IMG/VR virus record: IMGVR_UViG_3300044679_000035
Coordinates: 1 to 58,814 of that record
Length of the DNA stretch: 58,814 nt
Direction: 5' to 3' (one strand)
Origin: a virus
Lineage: Duplodnaviria; Caudoviricetes
Positions 47,031 to 55,468 of this stretch are shown here, piece by piece. The notes under the pieces are model-generated. The model saw nothing but the letters and a program-made list of their open reading frames with translations. It was not told the origin of the DNA and ran no database searches. The position numbers and the translations under genes are program-made. Every line of letters begins with the position of its first letter. The stretch's first letter is position 1.

Positions 47031-47621
47031 ATGTCTCAGCAGGGCGGCACTGGCCTCGGCCAGGTCATTCTTAACGATCTACAGAAAGCGGGCGGCTGGC
47101 TCGAGAACGAAGCCTCGCAGTTCGGCCTCGCCGCATGGAACGGCGTCAAGGCGCTGTTCCAGAACATCAAGGCCAAAACCTATCTGGACCTCAAGGCGCT
47201 CGTTCAGGAAGCCAGCGCCGACGAAAACAGCGGCATGGGCGTCGAGGCGACCGTCGCCGATGTCCTCACCCTGGCCGCGCAGAAGGGCATGAGCGAGGTC
47301 GCGCAGATCCCGGGCGAGGCTCTGACGGCGGCGATCGCGCTCTGCCGGCAGGAACTCGGGCTCGGCAAAGCAAAGGGCACCGCGGCCGTTTCGACTTCGA
47401 AGATCACGGCGACCAAAGGCGTCTTGTCGGAAGCTGAAGCCAGGTTCATCTCGGGCAGGATTTCCGGCTATCTGAGCGACATCGCGACCGGCAAGCTTTC
47501 GGCGGATGCCGCGGCGCAGTCCATCATCACCGCCGGCGCCGCAGAGACGCCGCCGCTTCTCCAGAAAATTCCCATCGCGACGGTTGTTGACATTCTGCAC
47601 GTCGGGGCGGAGACTGCCTGA
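47031..47621 (+). CDS. hypothetical protein in lysis region
   Basis: AAGGA RBS; 196 aa. Confidence 0.65.
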   Translation: MSQQGGTGLGQVILNDLQKAGGWLENEASQFGLAAWNGVKALFQNIKAKTYLDLKALVQEASADENSGMGVEATVADVLTLAAQKGMSEVAQIPGEALTAAIALCRQELGLGKAKGTAAVSTSKITATKGVLSEAEARFISGRISGYLSDIATGKLSADAAAQSIITAGAAETPPLLQKIPIATVVDILHVGAETA

Positions 47622-47663
47622 GTCCGCAAGGACTGGGGTCCCCACCCCCCATGAAGAAGAGCT

Positions 47664-47700
47664 GAGCGCGCGGGCCTTGACAGCCAGCGCGCTCTTTTTT
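47664..47700 (+). terminator. intrinsic terminator
   Basis: GAGCGCGC...GCGCGCTC stem followed by T6. Confidence 0.6.
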
Positions 47701-47737
47701 GTGCATAATCGGGGGGTGATTCGCCGAAGGGGTCGCC

Positions 47738-48139
47738 GTGCTGAACCTGATCCGCGCGCTACTTCCGAATCCTTGGGTTCGGGCACAGCTTCTGAACGGT
47801 CTGCGCCTGCTCGGGGCGGCGGCTTCCGGATTTGCCATCAAATGGTTGATTGCTCACGGCGTTGCGGATGGCGATGCGGCGGCGATCGGCGCCGCGCTCG
47901 CGGCGCTGATCTTGGGGGGAGGCTCGGCACTATATGGGATACTCGACGTCAACGGCGTCGACAAGCAGCAGAAGCAGGCGGTGGCGAACACGGCGCACAC
48001 CGTGGCCAGCGGGATCGAATCGGGGGCCGTGACTGCGCCCGCCATCGCTTCGCAAGCCAGCGCGGCTTTGGCGCTCGGCAACGGGGCATCGAAGCGGCTT
48101 GCCTCGACGATTGCGGCGCTCAAGGCGGATGCGGCGTGA
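47738..48139 (+). CDS. holin-like membrane protein
   Basis: Two hydrophobic segments; near endolysin. Confidence 0.5.
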   Translation: MLNLIRALLPNPWVRAQLLNGLRLLGAAASGFAIKWLIAHGVADGDAAAIGAALAALILGGGSALYGILDVNGVDKQQKQAVANTAHTVASGIESGAVTAPAIASQASAALALGNGASKRLASTIAALKADAA

Positions 48140-48153
48140 AGGCTGGTTAATTT

Positions 48154-48399
48154 ATGCGCAAATCTACAAATCCCGCAATTCTGGGAATTTTCTCAACGGC
48201 CATCCTTGTCGGCTGCGCGTCAACGCCGCCGTCGACACCATGCGAGCCGCTGAAAACTGTCCTACCGCACACATCGCTTGAGCAGTCCGCGCTCGCGGAC
48301 GAACTGGCGGAAGACGGGCCAGAAAGCCAATTATGGCTGGAAGAGTATACTGGGCTCCGCGCGGCGGGCGCCGTCGTCTGCCCGGCACCGGAAAAGTGA
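48154..48399 (+). CDS. lipoprotein, possible outer-membrane spanin
   Basis: Lipobox ILVG|C followed by Pro-rich segment with further Cys. Confidence 0.55.
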   Translation: MRKSTNPAILGIFSTAILVGCASTPPSTPCEPLKTVLPHTSLEQSALADELAEDGPESQLWLEEYTGLRAAGAVVCPAPEK

Positions 48400-48406
48400 G
48401 ATAACC

Positions 48407-48682
48407 ATGAGCTACACCCTCCGAGACGCATGGCGTGATTTCATCAGCGCCCTTACCGGCATCCATCCGGAACTCGAAAAGCATGTCGAGGCAGCCGAGC
48501 CGGTCACCGCCATTCCGGAGATACCGCTGCCGGGCAAGCCGGTCATCAGGGTATTCCTACCGTCCGATCCGAAGCCCGTGCAGGGCCGCAAGCGGAAGGC
48601 GCCGGCACCGGTGAAGGCCAAGCGGAAAGCCAGGGGCCTGGGACTGCGTACGAAAGGTCAGCCCGGCAAGCGCAGGCCATAG
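48407..48682 (+). CDS. hypothetical protein with basic tail
   Basis: MSYTLRDAWRDF...; K/R-rich C-terminus. Confidence 0.5.
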   Translation: MSYTLRDAWRDFISALTGIHPELEKHVEAAEPVTAIPEIPLPGKPVIRVFLPSDPKPVQGRKRKAPAPVKAKRKARGLGLRTKGQPGKRRP

Positions 48683-48701
48683 GCTTAAGCGTGGGGCGGC
48701 G

Positions 48702-48968
48702 ATGGATTACGTTGGCACCATAAACGCAATCGAGGCGACAGTGCGCCCGATGATCGAACTCGGGACACTGGCCGTTTCCTGCTACGTCGCTTGGAGCACA
48801 AGCCGTAACGCGAGCAAGATCAACAAGATCGAAATCTCCGTCGACGGCGTGCTGCATTCCCTGGCGGCCGCGAACAGGCGTGCCGACCATGCGGAAGGCC
48901 ACATGGAAGGCCAGCGGGCCGAACAGGAGCGTCAGGCGGCGGATCCGAGGAATGGGGATTTGCGGTGA
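48702..48968 (+). CDS. small membrane-anchored protein (lysis-associated?)
   Basis: Hydrophobic segment then 'KINKIEISVDG'. Confidence 0.5.
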   Translation: MDYVGTINAIEATVRPMIELGTLAVSCYVAWSTSRNASKINKIEISVDGVLHSLAAANRRADHAEGHMEGQRAEQERQAADPRNGDLR

Positions 48969-49174
48969 GCGACCCGCACAACGGGCATCGGCGCTGTGAC
49001 GCTCTGGAGCGCCGCCAACGCGAGCAAGACGCCGCAATCGCCAAGCTCCGAGAGGACATGATAAAGGAAATCGAGAGCCTGACGCGGACGTTCGAGCAGG
49101 CGCTGCAGTCGAGAAATCGCGTCATTCAGGATCACGAACGCAGGCTCAAGCGTTTAGAGGATGGGGGGACATAG
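48965..49174 (+). CDS. coiled-coil hypothetical protein
   Basis: 'IQDHERRLKRLE'. Confidence 0.5.
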   Translation: MSDPHNGHRRCDALERRQREQDAAIAKLREDMIKEIESLTRTFEQALQSRNRVIQDHERRLKRLEDGGT

Positions 49175-49500
49175 TGGCCGACCAGACAGCATCACAGAAA
49201 GTAGGCGCCTTCATGGCGAACGGCGGCGGCGCAATTACTTTCCGACTAATTGCGACCGCGCTCGGAATGATTACGCTCGGGCTGGTCACCTACGAGGGTG
49301 AGCGGATGAATAATCACCTCGACGCGATCACCGACAAGGCGCTATCCGATTCGGCGCGCATTGATGTCCACGCCCAGCGCCTTGACACTCTGGATGCCGG
49401 TCAACTGAGGTTGTGGACAGCGGTTCACGGGAATGGCGTCACGCTGCAGGACCACGAGCATCGGATAACCGTGCTTGAGGCGACGGAGCCGAGGCGGTGA
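49174..49500 (+). CDS. single-TM coiled-coil protein
   Basis: TM 'LIATALGMITLGLVTY'; 'LQDHEHRITVLE'. Confidence 0.55.
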   Translation: MADQTASQKVGAFMANGGGAITFRLIATALGMITLGLVTYEGERMNNHLDAITDKALSDSARIDVHAQRLDTLDAGQLRLWTAVHGNGVTLQDHEHRITVLEATEPRR

Positions 49501-49513
49501 GTGATGTCGAACT

Positions 49514-49789
49514 TCATCGCCGACAATCCTGCGGGTCGTCGGGGTCTTCCTTCGGGGCATTTCGCCACCAGACCGTGCATTTTTTCGTGTTGTCGAAGTC
49601 CGATTCGACCCTGTGCATTTCCTCAAGCTGAGCGAGCAGCCGGATCACGTTCATGTAATCGTTCGACGGCTCGTAAAGCGGCCCGCAATCGATCCGCAGG
49701 CCCTCCGCGATTTCGCGCGACGACATCCTTTGCCCGTCGTAACTTTCGAGAAGCGCGATCGTGCGATGCCAGAGCAGGTAAGCCGTCAT
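49514..49789 (-). CDS. hypothetical protein, possible winged helix
   Basis: 'MSSREIAEGL...VIRLLAQLEEMHRVES'. Confidence 0.5.
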   Translation of the reverse strand: MTAYLLWHRTIALLESYDGQRMSSREIAEGLRIDCGPLYEPSNDYMNVIRLLAQLEEMHRVESDFDNTKKCTVWWRNAPKEDPDDPQDCRR

Positions 49790-50253
49790 GTGCCGTCACC
49801 AGGCAGCAGCGCGCGGGCGCGGCGCAGGTCGCCAACGGTGTACGAGGCTTCGTAATCGTCCTCAAAGCCTTGTATTTGCGGGGTGTAATCGTCTGGCACG
49901 GATGTATCGTCATAGCATGCAGCCTCGCGCGCAAACGGCTTCAGCCCCGCTCTCAGCGCCCGAATCTCCGCTGCGAGCCGCTGGACGGTGGCGGGATTGG
50001 CGGCGGCGATGAAGGCGGCATTGGCCTCTGCTTTGGAATAATCCTCCGCATCCATTTCTGTCGGAGCGAGGGTTGCCCATGCAATCAGTCCGTTGCTCGC
50101 GCCACGACCTATTTCGCCAGGCCATGCTATGACCCCAACGCCATCTTCCGGTGCCGAATGATTTTGCGCTTCCCAGTGAAGCGGCGTCGCCTTCCCCGCC
50201 AGCGCATCGAGCGCGTCGAGTTCGGCGGATGGAATTGGTGTGCGGTCGGTCAT
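49786..50253 (-). CDS. Ead/Ea22-like protein
   Basis: 'LAGKATPLHW...ANAAFIAAANPATVQRL'. Confidence 0.65.
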   Translation of the reverse strand: MTDRTPIPSAELDALDALAGKATPLHWEAQNHSAPEDGVGVIAWPGEIGRGASNGLIAWATLAPTEMDAEDYSKAEANAAFIAAANPATVQRLAAEIRALRAGLKPFAREAACYDDTSVPDDYTPQIQGFEDDYEASYTVGDLRRARALLPGDGT

Positions 50254-50258
50254 GGCTC

Positions 50259-50723
50259 TCACCACTCCATGATGGTCAAAGGTTTGTCGTCCGGCGATCC
50301 GCCAATCGCAAGATGTCTGGCAAGCGCCGCCTCGCAAGCCTCTGCGGCGGCCATCTCTTCTTCATCATCCGGCCGTGGCGGGTGCTCGCGCCAATAGTCC
50401 GCACACTCCTGGTAGGACGGCGTGCATTTTTCGCAGATGTAGCAACTGTCAAGTGTGGTCATGTATTTGTCGCCGTGCTTGATCGGCTTGCCGCAACTTT
50501 CACAGATGAAATGGTCATCATACGGCGGCGGTTGATAGCCTGCTATCCGCAATGCAGCTTCAAGGTCGTCCGAGAATTCCGGGTCAACGTCGCGCCGACG
50601 CTGTGCGTATTGCCATAACAGGTCTTGCGCCATCGTGTCTTTGACGCTCAGCGGAACCTTGCCTCGCGGTGTTGTCGGATATTTGTCGGACTGAAATTCT
50701 CCGTTGATTAGATGCGTACTCAT
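50259..50723 (-). CDS. hypothetical protein with CxxC pairs
   Basis: CESCG...CEKC; ATGA coupling. Confidence 0.6.
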   Translation of the reverse strand: MSTHLINGEFQSDKYPTTPRGKVPLSVKDTMAQDLLWQYAQRRRDVDPEFSDDLEAALRIAGYQPPPYDDHFICESCGKPIKHGDKYMTTLDSCYICEKCTPSYQECADYWREHPPRPDDEEEMAAAEACEAALARHLAIGGSPDDKPLTIMEW

Positions 50724-50962
50724 TTTCTCTCGCTCTCCGGCTTCGGATTGGCTTTGTTCCATCGCTCGCGCAGCTTGAACCATTCTTTATCATCATCCAG
50801 CTTTGGATATGGCTTTAGCGCCGCACAAATAAATCCGTTAGTCGCTGTGCAATCTGTAGACTGCGCGTGATCGATGTAGTGCGACACGCCTATTTTGCCG
50901 TTCACGCGCAGCCTAGTTGCGCCCATGCGAACGTCGTCGCCGCAACTAATGCACCTATTCAT
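50720..50962 (-). CDS. small Cys-containing protein
   Basis: MNRCISCG...WNKANPKPESERK. Confidence 0.55.
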   Translation of the reverse strand: MNRCISCGDDVRMGATRLRVNGKIGVSHYIDHAQSTDCTATNGFICAALKPYPKLDDDKEWFKLRERWNKANPKPESERK

Positions 50963-51120
50963 TTCTCGCTCTCCGGCTTCGGGGGTGATGGGAACGCGAC
51001 ACGTATATAATCGTCTCGCGTCCATTCATGTGGCTCGGGGTGGCCGTCCGGCAGCATACAGGTTGTCGAACAACCATCCTCCGTACATGGCCCAGATTCC
51101 CAGCAATGCAGTTCGTTCAT
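50959..51120 (-). CDS. small Cys/His protein
   Basis: 'CMLPDGHPEPH'; ends PSPPKPESEK. Confidence 0.55.
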   Translation of the reverse strand: MNELHCWESGPCTEDGCSTTCMLPDGHPEPHEWTRDDYIRVAFPSPPKPESEK

Positions 51121-51449
51121 TTTCCGCTTTCCGGCTTTTGGGGTGATGGGGCGGATGCAGCCGAAAGCAGGTCCAGAAATTCCTGTCGCGCCTTGTCTGA
51201 CGCATCCCATATCTCGCGCAGTCTCTTGTCGCTCCGTAGCCACACCGACTCCGATTGCCACGCGTGGGCATGGGTGCGCTCGAATTTCGTAAACGCGGCC
51301 CCGAGTGGCGTGGCTCGGAACACTCTGTCGCGCTCCTGCAAGCGAAAAATCTCATCGTCGCTCATTCCATGCTTTCTTTCGCAGGTATTTCCCGAAACCC
51401 AAGAGCAATCTTCATGCCCGCATACCGTGCAATGCGTTCCCCACGTCAT
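51117..51449 (-). CDS. hypothetical protein
   Basis: MTWGTHCTVCG...; ends PSPQKPESGK. Confidence 0.55.
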   Translation of the reverse strand: MTWGTHCTVCGHEDCSWVSGNTCERKHGMSDDEIFRLQERDRVFRATPLGAAFTKFERTHAHAWQSESVWLRSDKRLREIWDASDKARQEFLDLLSAASAPSPQKPESGK

Positions 51450-51682
51450 TCCGCACCCCCCGCTATTTCGGCTTCGCGCGCCAAGACAGCCAGCGACCGC
51501 GCGATGCTCATTGTTATCTCCGACTCGAGTTCGGCTTCGTTGATGGTCGCATCGCTGCCAGCGTGAAGGCATGATCGCGGAATCCATACGTCAGTGCTGG
51601 CGGTTTCGTCGGTCGCGACGCAAATAGCCTTCTTGGTGCGCCGCACAAGGATGACCGACACGGTGACATATTCGTCGCTCAT
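51446..51682 (-). CDS. hypothetical protein
   Basis: 'TKKAICV...VWIPRSCL' small beta-barrel-like phage protein. Confidence 0.6.
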   Translation of the reverse strand: MSDEYVTVSVILVRRTKKAICVATDETASTDVWIPRSCLHAGSDATINEAELESEITMSIARSLAVLAREAEIAGGAE

Positions 51683-52677
51683 GACGTGGTTGCCGTTTCG
51701 GCTTGCTCGGCAAGCGGCTTGATGGTTTTGTCCTTGAACTGCCTCAAAGCGTGCTGAAGACGGGGCGACGTCTTGCCAAGACGCTCCCACAGTGCCGAAA
51801 CAGGTGCCAGCCCACCCTCGGCCGCCTCCAGAAGTTCGCGCTTCCAGCGCTCAATCTCGGCGTCTGGCTTGGGTCCGATGATTTCCTGCATCGGCGGCGT
51901 CTCGCTGGCCTGCGCGGGCGGGAAGGGGGACTCGGTGCGGCCGTCGACAATGAGCTGCCCATCCTCGCTAATGGCGCTCGACAGGCCCTGCTCCTCCCAA
52001 GCCTCGTCGATACGCGCGGCGAGATGGTAATCGCGGGTCAGGGCGTTCATGGGCATGGAGCGCCGCAGTCGGCGGCGGCATGTCTTGGCGTACATCGCCG
52101 GCCGGCCGACCTTGGGATCGGCCCAGGGGGAGAATCCGTCGCCCTTGTTCGCGGCCTGCGATTTTTCGCGCACGGCTTCCAGATCCGAAAGGCGTAAGAC
52201 CTCGATCAGGGCGGGCAGCGTTTTCGACTCCGCCACCGCCCAGGCGCAAATGATGCGCCCCTCTTCCGCCATGTTGATCTTGTGTCGCAGATAAGCCCCA
52301 GTCCCCTTCATATACTCGAAATCGTCTTTTTCCCTGACGACATCGGCGTTGATCGAATAGCCTGACCGCGCGCCAAGTGTGTTGAGTCCACAATAACCCG
52401 TCTGGAATTGCGCAATGAGGCCTAGCCTCTTGTCATTGTAGGGCACGAGGTAGCCTTGCCCCGTCACCCCATCGACCTCCAAGCCGAGGAAAGCCGCAGT
52501 CATGGCCGAACTGAACAGACTTTGCCGCGAGCACTCCAGCAGCTTTGGCGTCTTCTCGCAGGACACCATGATCGTGCGCATCAGCCGTTCCGCCGGCATC
52601 CGGTCCGCAAGGGCCTGCTGCAGCTTCGGCAGTAGCGGACGGAGCTGCGTTTCGAGGAGGACGAGATCGTTAGACAT
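51679..52677 (-). CDS. recT: RecT-family single-strand annealing protein
   Basis: 'PKLLECSRQSL...AAFLGLE..G..GQGYLVPY...AQFQTGY.GL', 'MYAKT.RRRL'. Confidence 0.88.
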   Translation of the reverse strand: MSNDLVLLETQLRPLLPKLQQALADRMPAERLMRTIMVSCEKTPKLLECSRQSLFSSAMTAAFLGLEVDGVTGQGYLVPYNDKRLGLIAQFQTGYCGLNTLGARSGYSINADVVREKDDFEYMKGTGAYLRHKINMAEEGRIICAWAVAESKTLPALIEVLRLSDLEAVREKSQAANKGDGFSPWADPKVGRPAMYAKTCRRRLRRSMPMNALTRDYHLAARIDEAWEEQGLSSAISEDGQLIVDGRTESPFPPAQASETPPMQEIIGPKPDAEIERWKRELLEAAEGGLAPVSALWERLGKTSPRLQHALRQFKDKTIKPLAEQAETATTS

Positions 52678-53965
52678 CGAGCCCTTCTTGCGCTTCCTGC
52701 GCTTTGACGTGGCCATCTTCCATGACGATTCCGACAGTGCCGGAACCGTTAACCTCTTCCGTCCATATCTGTAGATTGTTTTCGTCGGCGAATGTTTCGA
52801 GACGCTTCATTGCATCTTCGTCCAGCAATGACGCGTCCCGGATACGGATGACGCGAAGCTTCGGATTGAGGGCCGCGGCGATCGCTGTGGCAACCATCAA
52901 CTGCTCGGCATCGCTGGCTTGGTCCAGCGGCAGACCTTTGTAGGTGACCTGCTCGTCGGCGAAGGCCAATCCCTCGATCGGCATCTTGGCTTCCGCGACC
53001 ATCTTCTCCTTGCTGGCATCGAGGGCTTCGATTGCCTTCGTGTGGGTGTCGCGGGCCGCGGTCAGTTCGGAGACTTTGAGTGTTGCCGCAGCTTTGCGCG
53101 CCCGCAGTTCGATACCCTTGGCGATGGCATTGGCCGCGTTGAGTTCGGCGCGGATCGCGCCGGCATCTTGGAGTGCACCAGCTGCCGCAAAAAACTTTTC
53201 CGCTTCCTCCATCGCAAGCTCTGCGGCCACTCGATGCGCCTGAGCTTTCTTCGCGCGCTCGCGGGCGGCTTCGATTTCTGCGATTGCCGCTTCCTCGCGC
53301 CGTTTCGCGTCTTCCCATGTCAACCGCGACATAGACACGGTGCCCTCTTTGCGCCGGATCGCGGCATTGTGGGTGTCAACGCCGACCAGCCGCTCTGTGA
53401 TCGCCGCGGTATCCGGTGCCGCATCTGGCAATCCTTCCGGCACGCTGATCGCAGCCGCCGCACCCTCCGCGGTCTTCAAATCGCGACCAACCTGTGTACG
53501 GTTGTAGTACTCGATCTCGCGCTTCTTCTCGATGTCGGACAGGTCGATACCGACCAGCTTGCGCAGCGTCTCGAACTGCTTCTTTGCCGGATCGCGCATG
53601 AAGCCGAGCGGATCGAAGCTGCGGGCCGCGTACAAATCATCCAGAAATTTCTGCGGCGACGGATAGCGCAGACCCTCGGGGCTCCTGATTTCCAGCGTCG
53701 AACCCTTCGGCGTGAATTTGCGCTCGACGACAAGCTCGACTTCCTTCCCGCCCAGTTCGACCTTGATATTTGCCTTTTCCTGGCCCTTGCGGATCGGTTG
53801 CGTCTGGATGCCTTCGGTGCCAGCCAAACCCCAGAAGATCGAGTCTAAAACACTGGTCTTCCCCTGCCCGTTTTTCCCGGTGATGCGGACCAGATTGCCC
53901 TTCGGCGTGATCTCGACGGCGGTGATTTTCTTGATGTTCTCGACTACGAGGCGGATGATTTTCAT
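52670..53965 (-). CDS. SMC/Rad50-like AAA ATPase
   Basis: 'LVVENIKKI', Walker A 'GKNGQGKTS', long coiled coil, C-terminal 'IRDASLLD'. Confidence 0.85.
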   Translation of the reverse strand: MKIIRLVVENIKKITAVEITPKGNLVRITGKNGQGKTSVLDSIFWGLAGTEGIQTQPIRKGQEKANIKVELGGKEVELVVERKFTPKGSTLEIRSPEGLRYPSPQKFLDDLYAARSFDPLGFMRDPAKKQFETLRKLVGIDLSDIEKKREIEYYNRTQVGRDLKTAEGAAAAISVPEGLPDAAPDTAAITERLVGVDTHNAAIRRKEGTVSMSRLTWEDAKRREEAAIAEIEAARERAKKAQAHRVAAELAMEEAEKFFAAAGALQDAGAIRAELNAANAIAKGIELRARKAAATLKVSELTAARDTHTKAIEALDASKEKMVAEAKMPIEGLAFADEQVTYKGLPLDQASDAEQLMVATAIAAALNPKLRVIRIRDASLLDEDAMKRLETFADENNLQIWTEEVNGSGTVGIVMEDGHVKAQEAQEGLDV

Positions 53966-53979
53966 GTCGCGTTCCTTTG
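53952..53979 (+). repeat. 28-bp direct repeat (ATPase RBS and start; second copy 54212-54239)
   Basis: CGGATGATTTTCATGTCGCGTTCCTTTG identical in both copies. Confidence 0.9.
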
Positions 53980-53980
53980 A

Positions 53981-54133
53981 TTATTTGCGTTTCTTCCATA
54001 ATTCTGGCGTGGCGGCCCACGCGAGCATGGCACCCCCCGTTACGGCTTCGGCCAGTGAAAGCGGAATCTGCGCGCGGTCAATCCACGCCCAGATAAAATC
54101 CCCGATACCAACGGCGAAGATTAGCGCCCTCAT
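53981..54133 (-). CDS. 50-aa membrane peptide
   Basis: MRALIFAVGIGDFIWAWIDRAQIPLSLAEAVTGGAMLAWAATPELWKKRK, read from sequence. Confidence 0.55.
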   Translation of the reverse strand: MRALIFAVGIGDFIWAWIDRAQIPLSLAEAVTGGAMLAWAATPELWKKRK

Positions 54134-54225
54134 TTTGCCTCCGGTGCATAGACGCTCACGGTCTTGAACGTGTAGTCGGCTTCACGCTGTAGGCGCCGCG
54201 CGACTGTTAGTCGGATGATTTTCAT
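54130..54225 (-). CDS. 31-aa chimeric linker ORF MKIIRL...TFKTVSVYAPEAK
   Basis: Begins as the ATPase N-terminus, ends as the YqaJ-like C-terminus. Confidence 0.55.
   Translation of the reverse strand: MKIIRLTVARRLQREADYTFKTVSVYAPEAK
54132..54206 (+). repeat. copy of the YqaJ-like gene 3' end (55471-55543) with a 2-bp insertion
   Basis: 73 bp identical apart from AACGTGTAGTC vs AACGTAGTC. Confidence 0.9.
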
Positions 54226-54239
54226 GTCGCGTTCCTTTG

Positions 54240-55466
54240 TTAGCCTTTCACATTGACGACTTGGCGCAAGCGGCGGACAATTTCGACCAGATCGGATTGC
54301 GCGGTCATGACGGCACCGATCGGCTTGTAAGCCGCCGGGCTTTCGTCGATCACGTCGGCGTCAAGCCTGGCCTCAATGCCCCTCATCGCTTCCGCGTGCT
54401 GCTCCATCGAGATGGTCTTGCGTGCCGTGCCGCGTGACATCGCGCGGCCGGCACCATGCGAGCATGACTGAAATGATTGCGGGTTGCCCTTGCCGCGCAC
54501 GATGAAGCTGCCGGTTCCCATTGAGCCCGGAACGATACCAAGATCGCCGTCGCGCGCCCGGACCGCCCCCTTACGCGTGACGATGACGTTCTGCCCGAAA
54601 TGATGCTCGCGCGCGACGTAGTTGTGGTGACAATTCACGGCTTCCGCAGTGATCGTGATTTCGCGGCCGAGCGACGCGGACACAGCTTCGCGAACCGCTT
54701 CCATCATCAGACACCGGTTCGCCAGTGCGTATTCCTGAGCCCAATCGACGGCCTCGACGTAATCCTTGAAATCGTCCGTTCCATCCGGAAGGTAAGCAAG
54801 GTCCTGGTCTGGCAGATCGATAAAATATCGCCGCATGTGCTCCTTCGCGCGCTCGATGAAATATTGCCCGATCTGGTTACCGACGCCGCGCGAGCCGGAA
54901 TGCAGCATGAGCCAAACCGCGTCGCTTTCATCAAGGCAAACCTCGATGAAATGATTGCCGGTACCAAGCGTCCCGAGATGGCGCTGATACCGCGTCGTCC
55001 ACCGCGCTAGGCGGGGATGCTTTGCCCCGATGGCCGCAAAACCTTCATTCATCGGCCCGTTGTTCTTCGCGAAGGCTTCGACGCGCGGCGAAAGGTCGTG
55101 CCACGATCCGCGGTCATTATCGCCGCCGTTGTCCGTGCGGCCGTGCGGGACAGCCGCCTCGATTGCAAGGCGGACAGCGTGCAAATTGTCGGGCAAGTCG
55201 CCAGCGACCAAGTTCGTTTGCGCCGCGACCATACCGCATCCAATGTCAACGCCAACCGCCGCTGGCACGATTGCGCCCTTCGTGGCGATCACGCTCCCGA
55301 CAGTGGCACCCATACCCCAGTGACAATCCGGCATCGCAGCGACGTGCTTGAAAATGAACGGCAGTCGCGATACATTTTCAAGCTGCGCCATGGCCTGCGT
55401 TTCTACCGAAACGCCATCCGTCCACATCTTGATCGGCGCGCCGCTTTCCGTCTGGTGAACCTGCAT
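54240..55466 (-). CDS. rtcB: RtcB RNA ligase
   Basis: 'MPDCH', 'VGVDIGCG', 'GTLGTGNHFIE', 'LHSGSRG', 'HHNY', 'RKGA', 'PGSMG', 'SCSHGAGR', 'DESPAAYK'. Confidence 0.95.
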   Translation of the reverse strand: MQVHQTESGAPIKMWTDGVSVETQAMAQLENVSRLPFIFKHVAAMPDCHWGMGATVGSVIATKGAIVPAAVGVDIGCGMVAAQTNLVAGDLPDNLHAVRLAIEAAVPHGRTDNGGDNDRGSWHDLSPRVEAFAKNNGPMNEGFAAIGAKHPRLARWTTRYQRHLGTLGTGNHFIEVCLDESDAVWLMLHSGSRGVGNQIGQYFIERAKEHMRRYFIDLPDQDLAYLPDGTDDFKDYVEAVDWAQEYALANRCLMMEAVREAVSASLGREITITAEAVNCHHNYVAREHHFGQNVIVTRKGAVRARDGDLGIVPGSMGTGSFIVRGKGNPQSFQSCSHGAGRAMSRGTARKTISMEQHAEAMRGIEARLDADVIDESPAAYKPIGAVMTAQSDLVEIVRRLRQVVNVKG

Positions 55467-55468
55467 CT

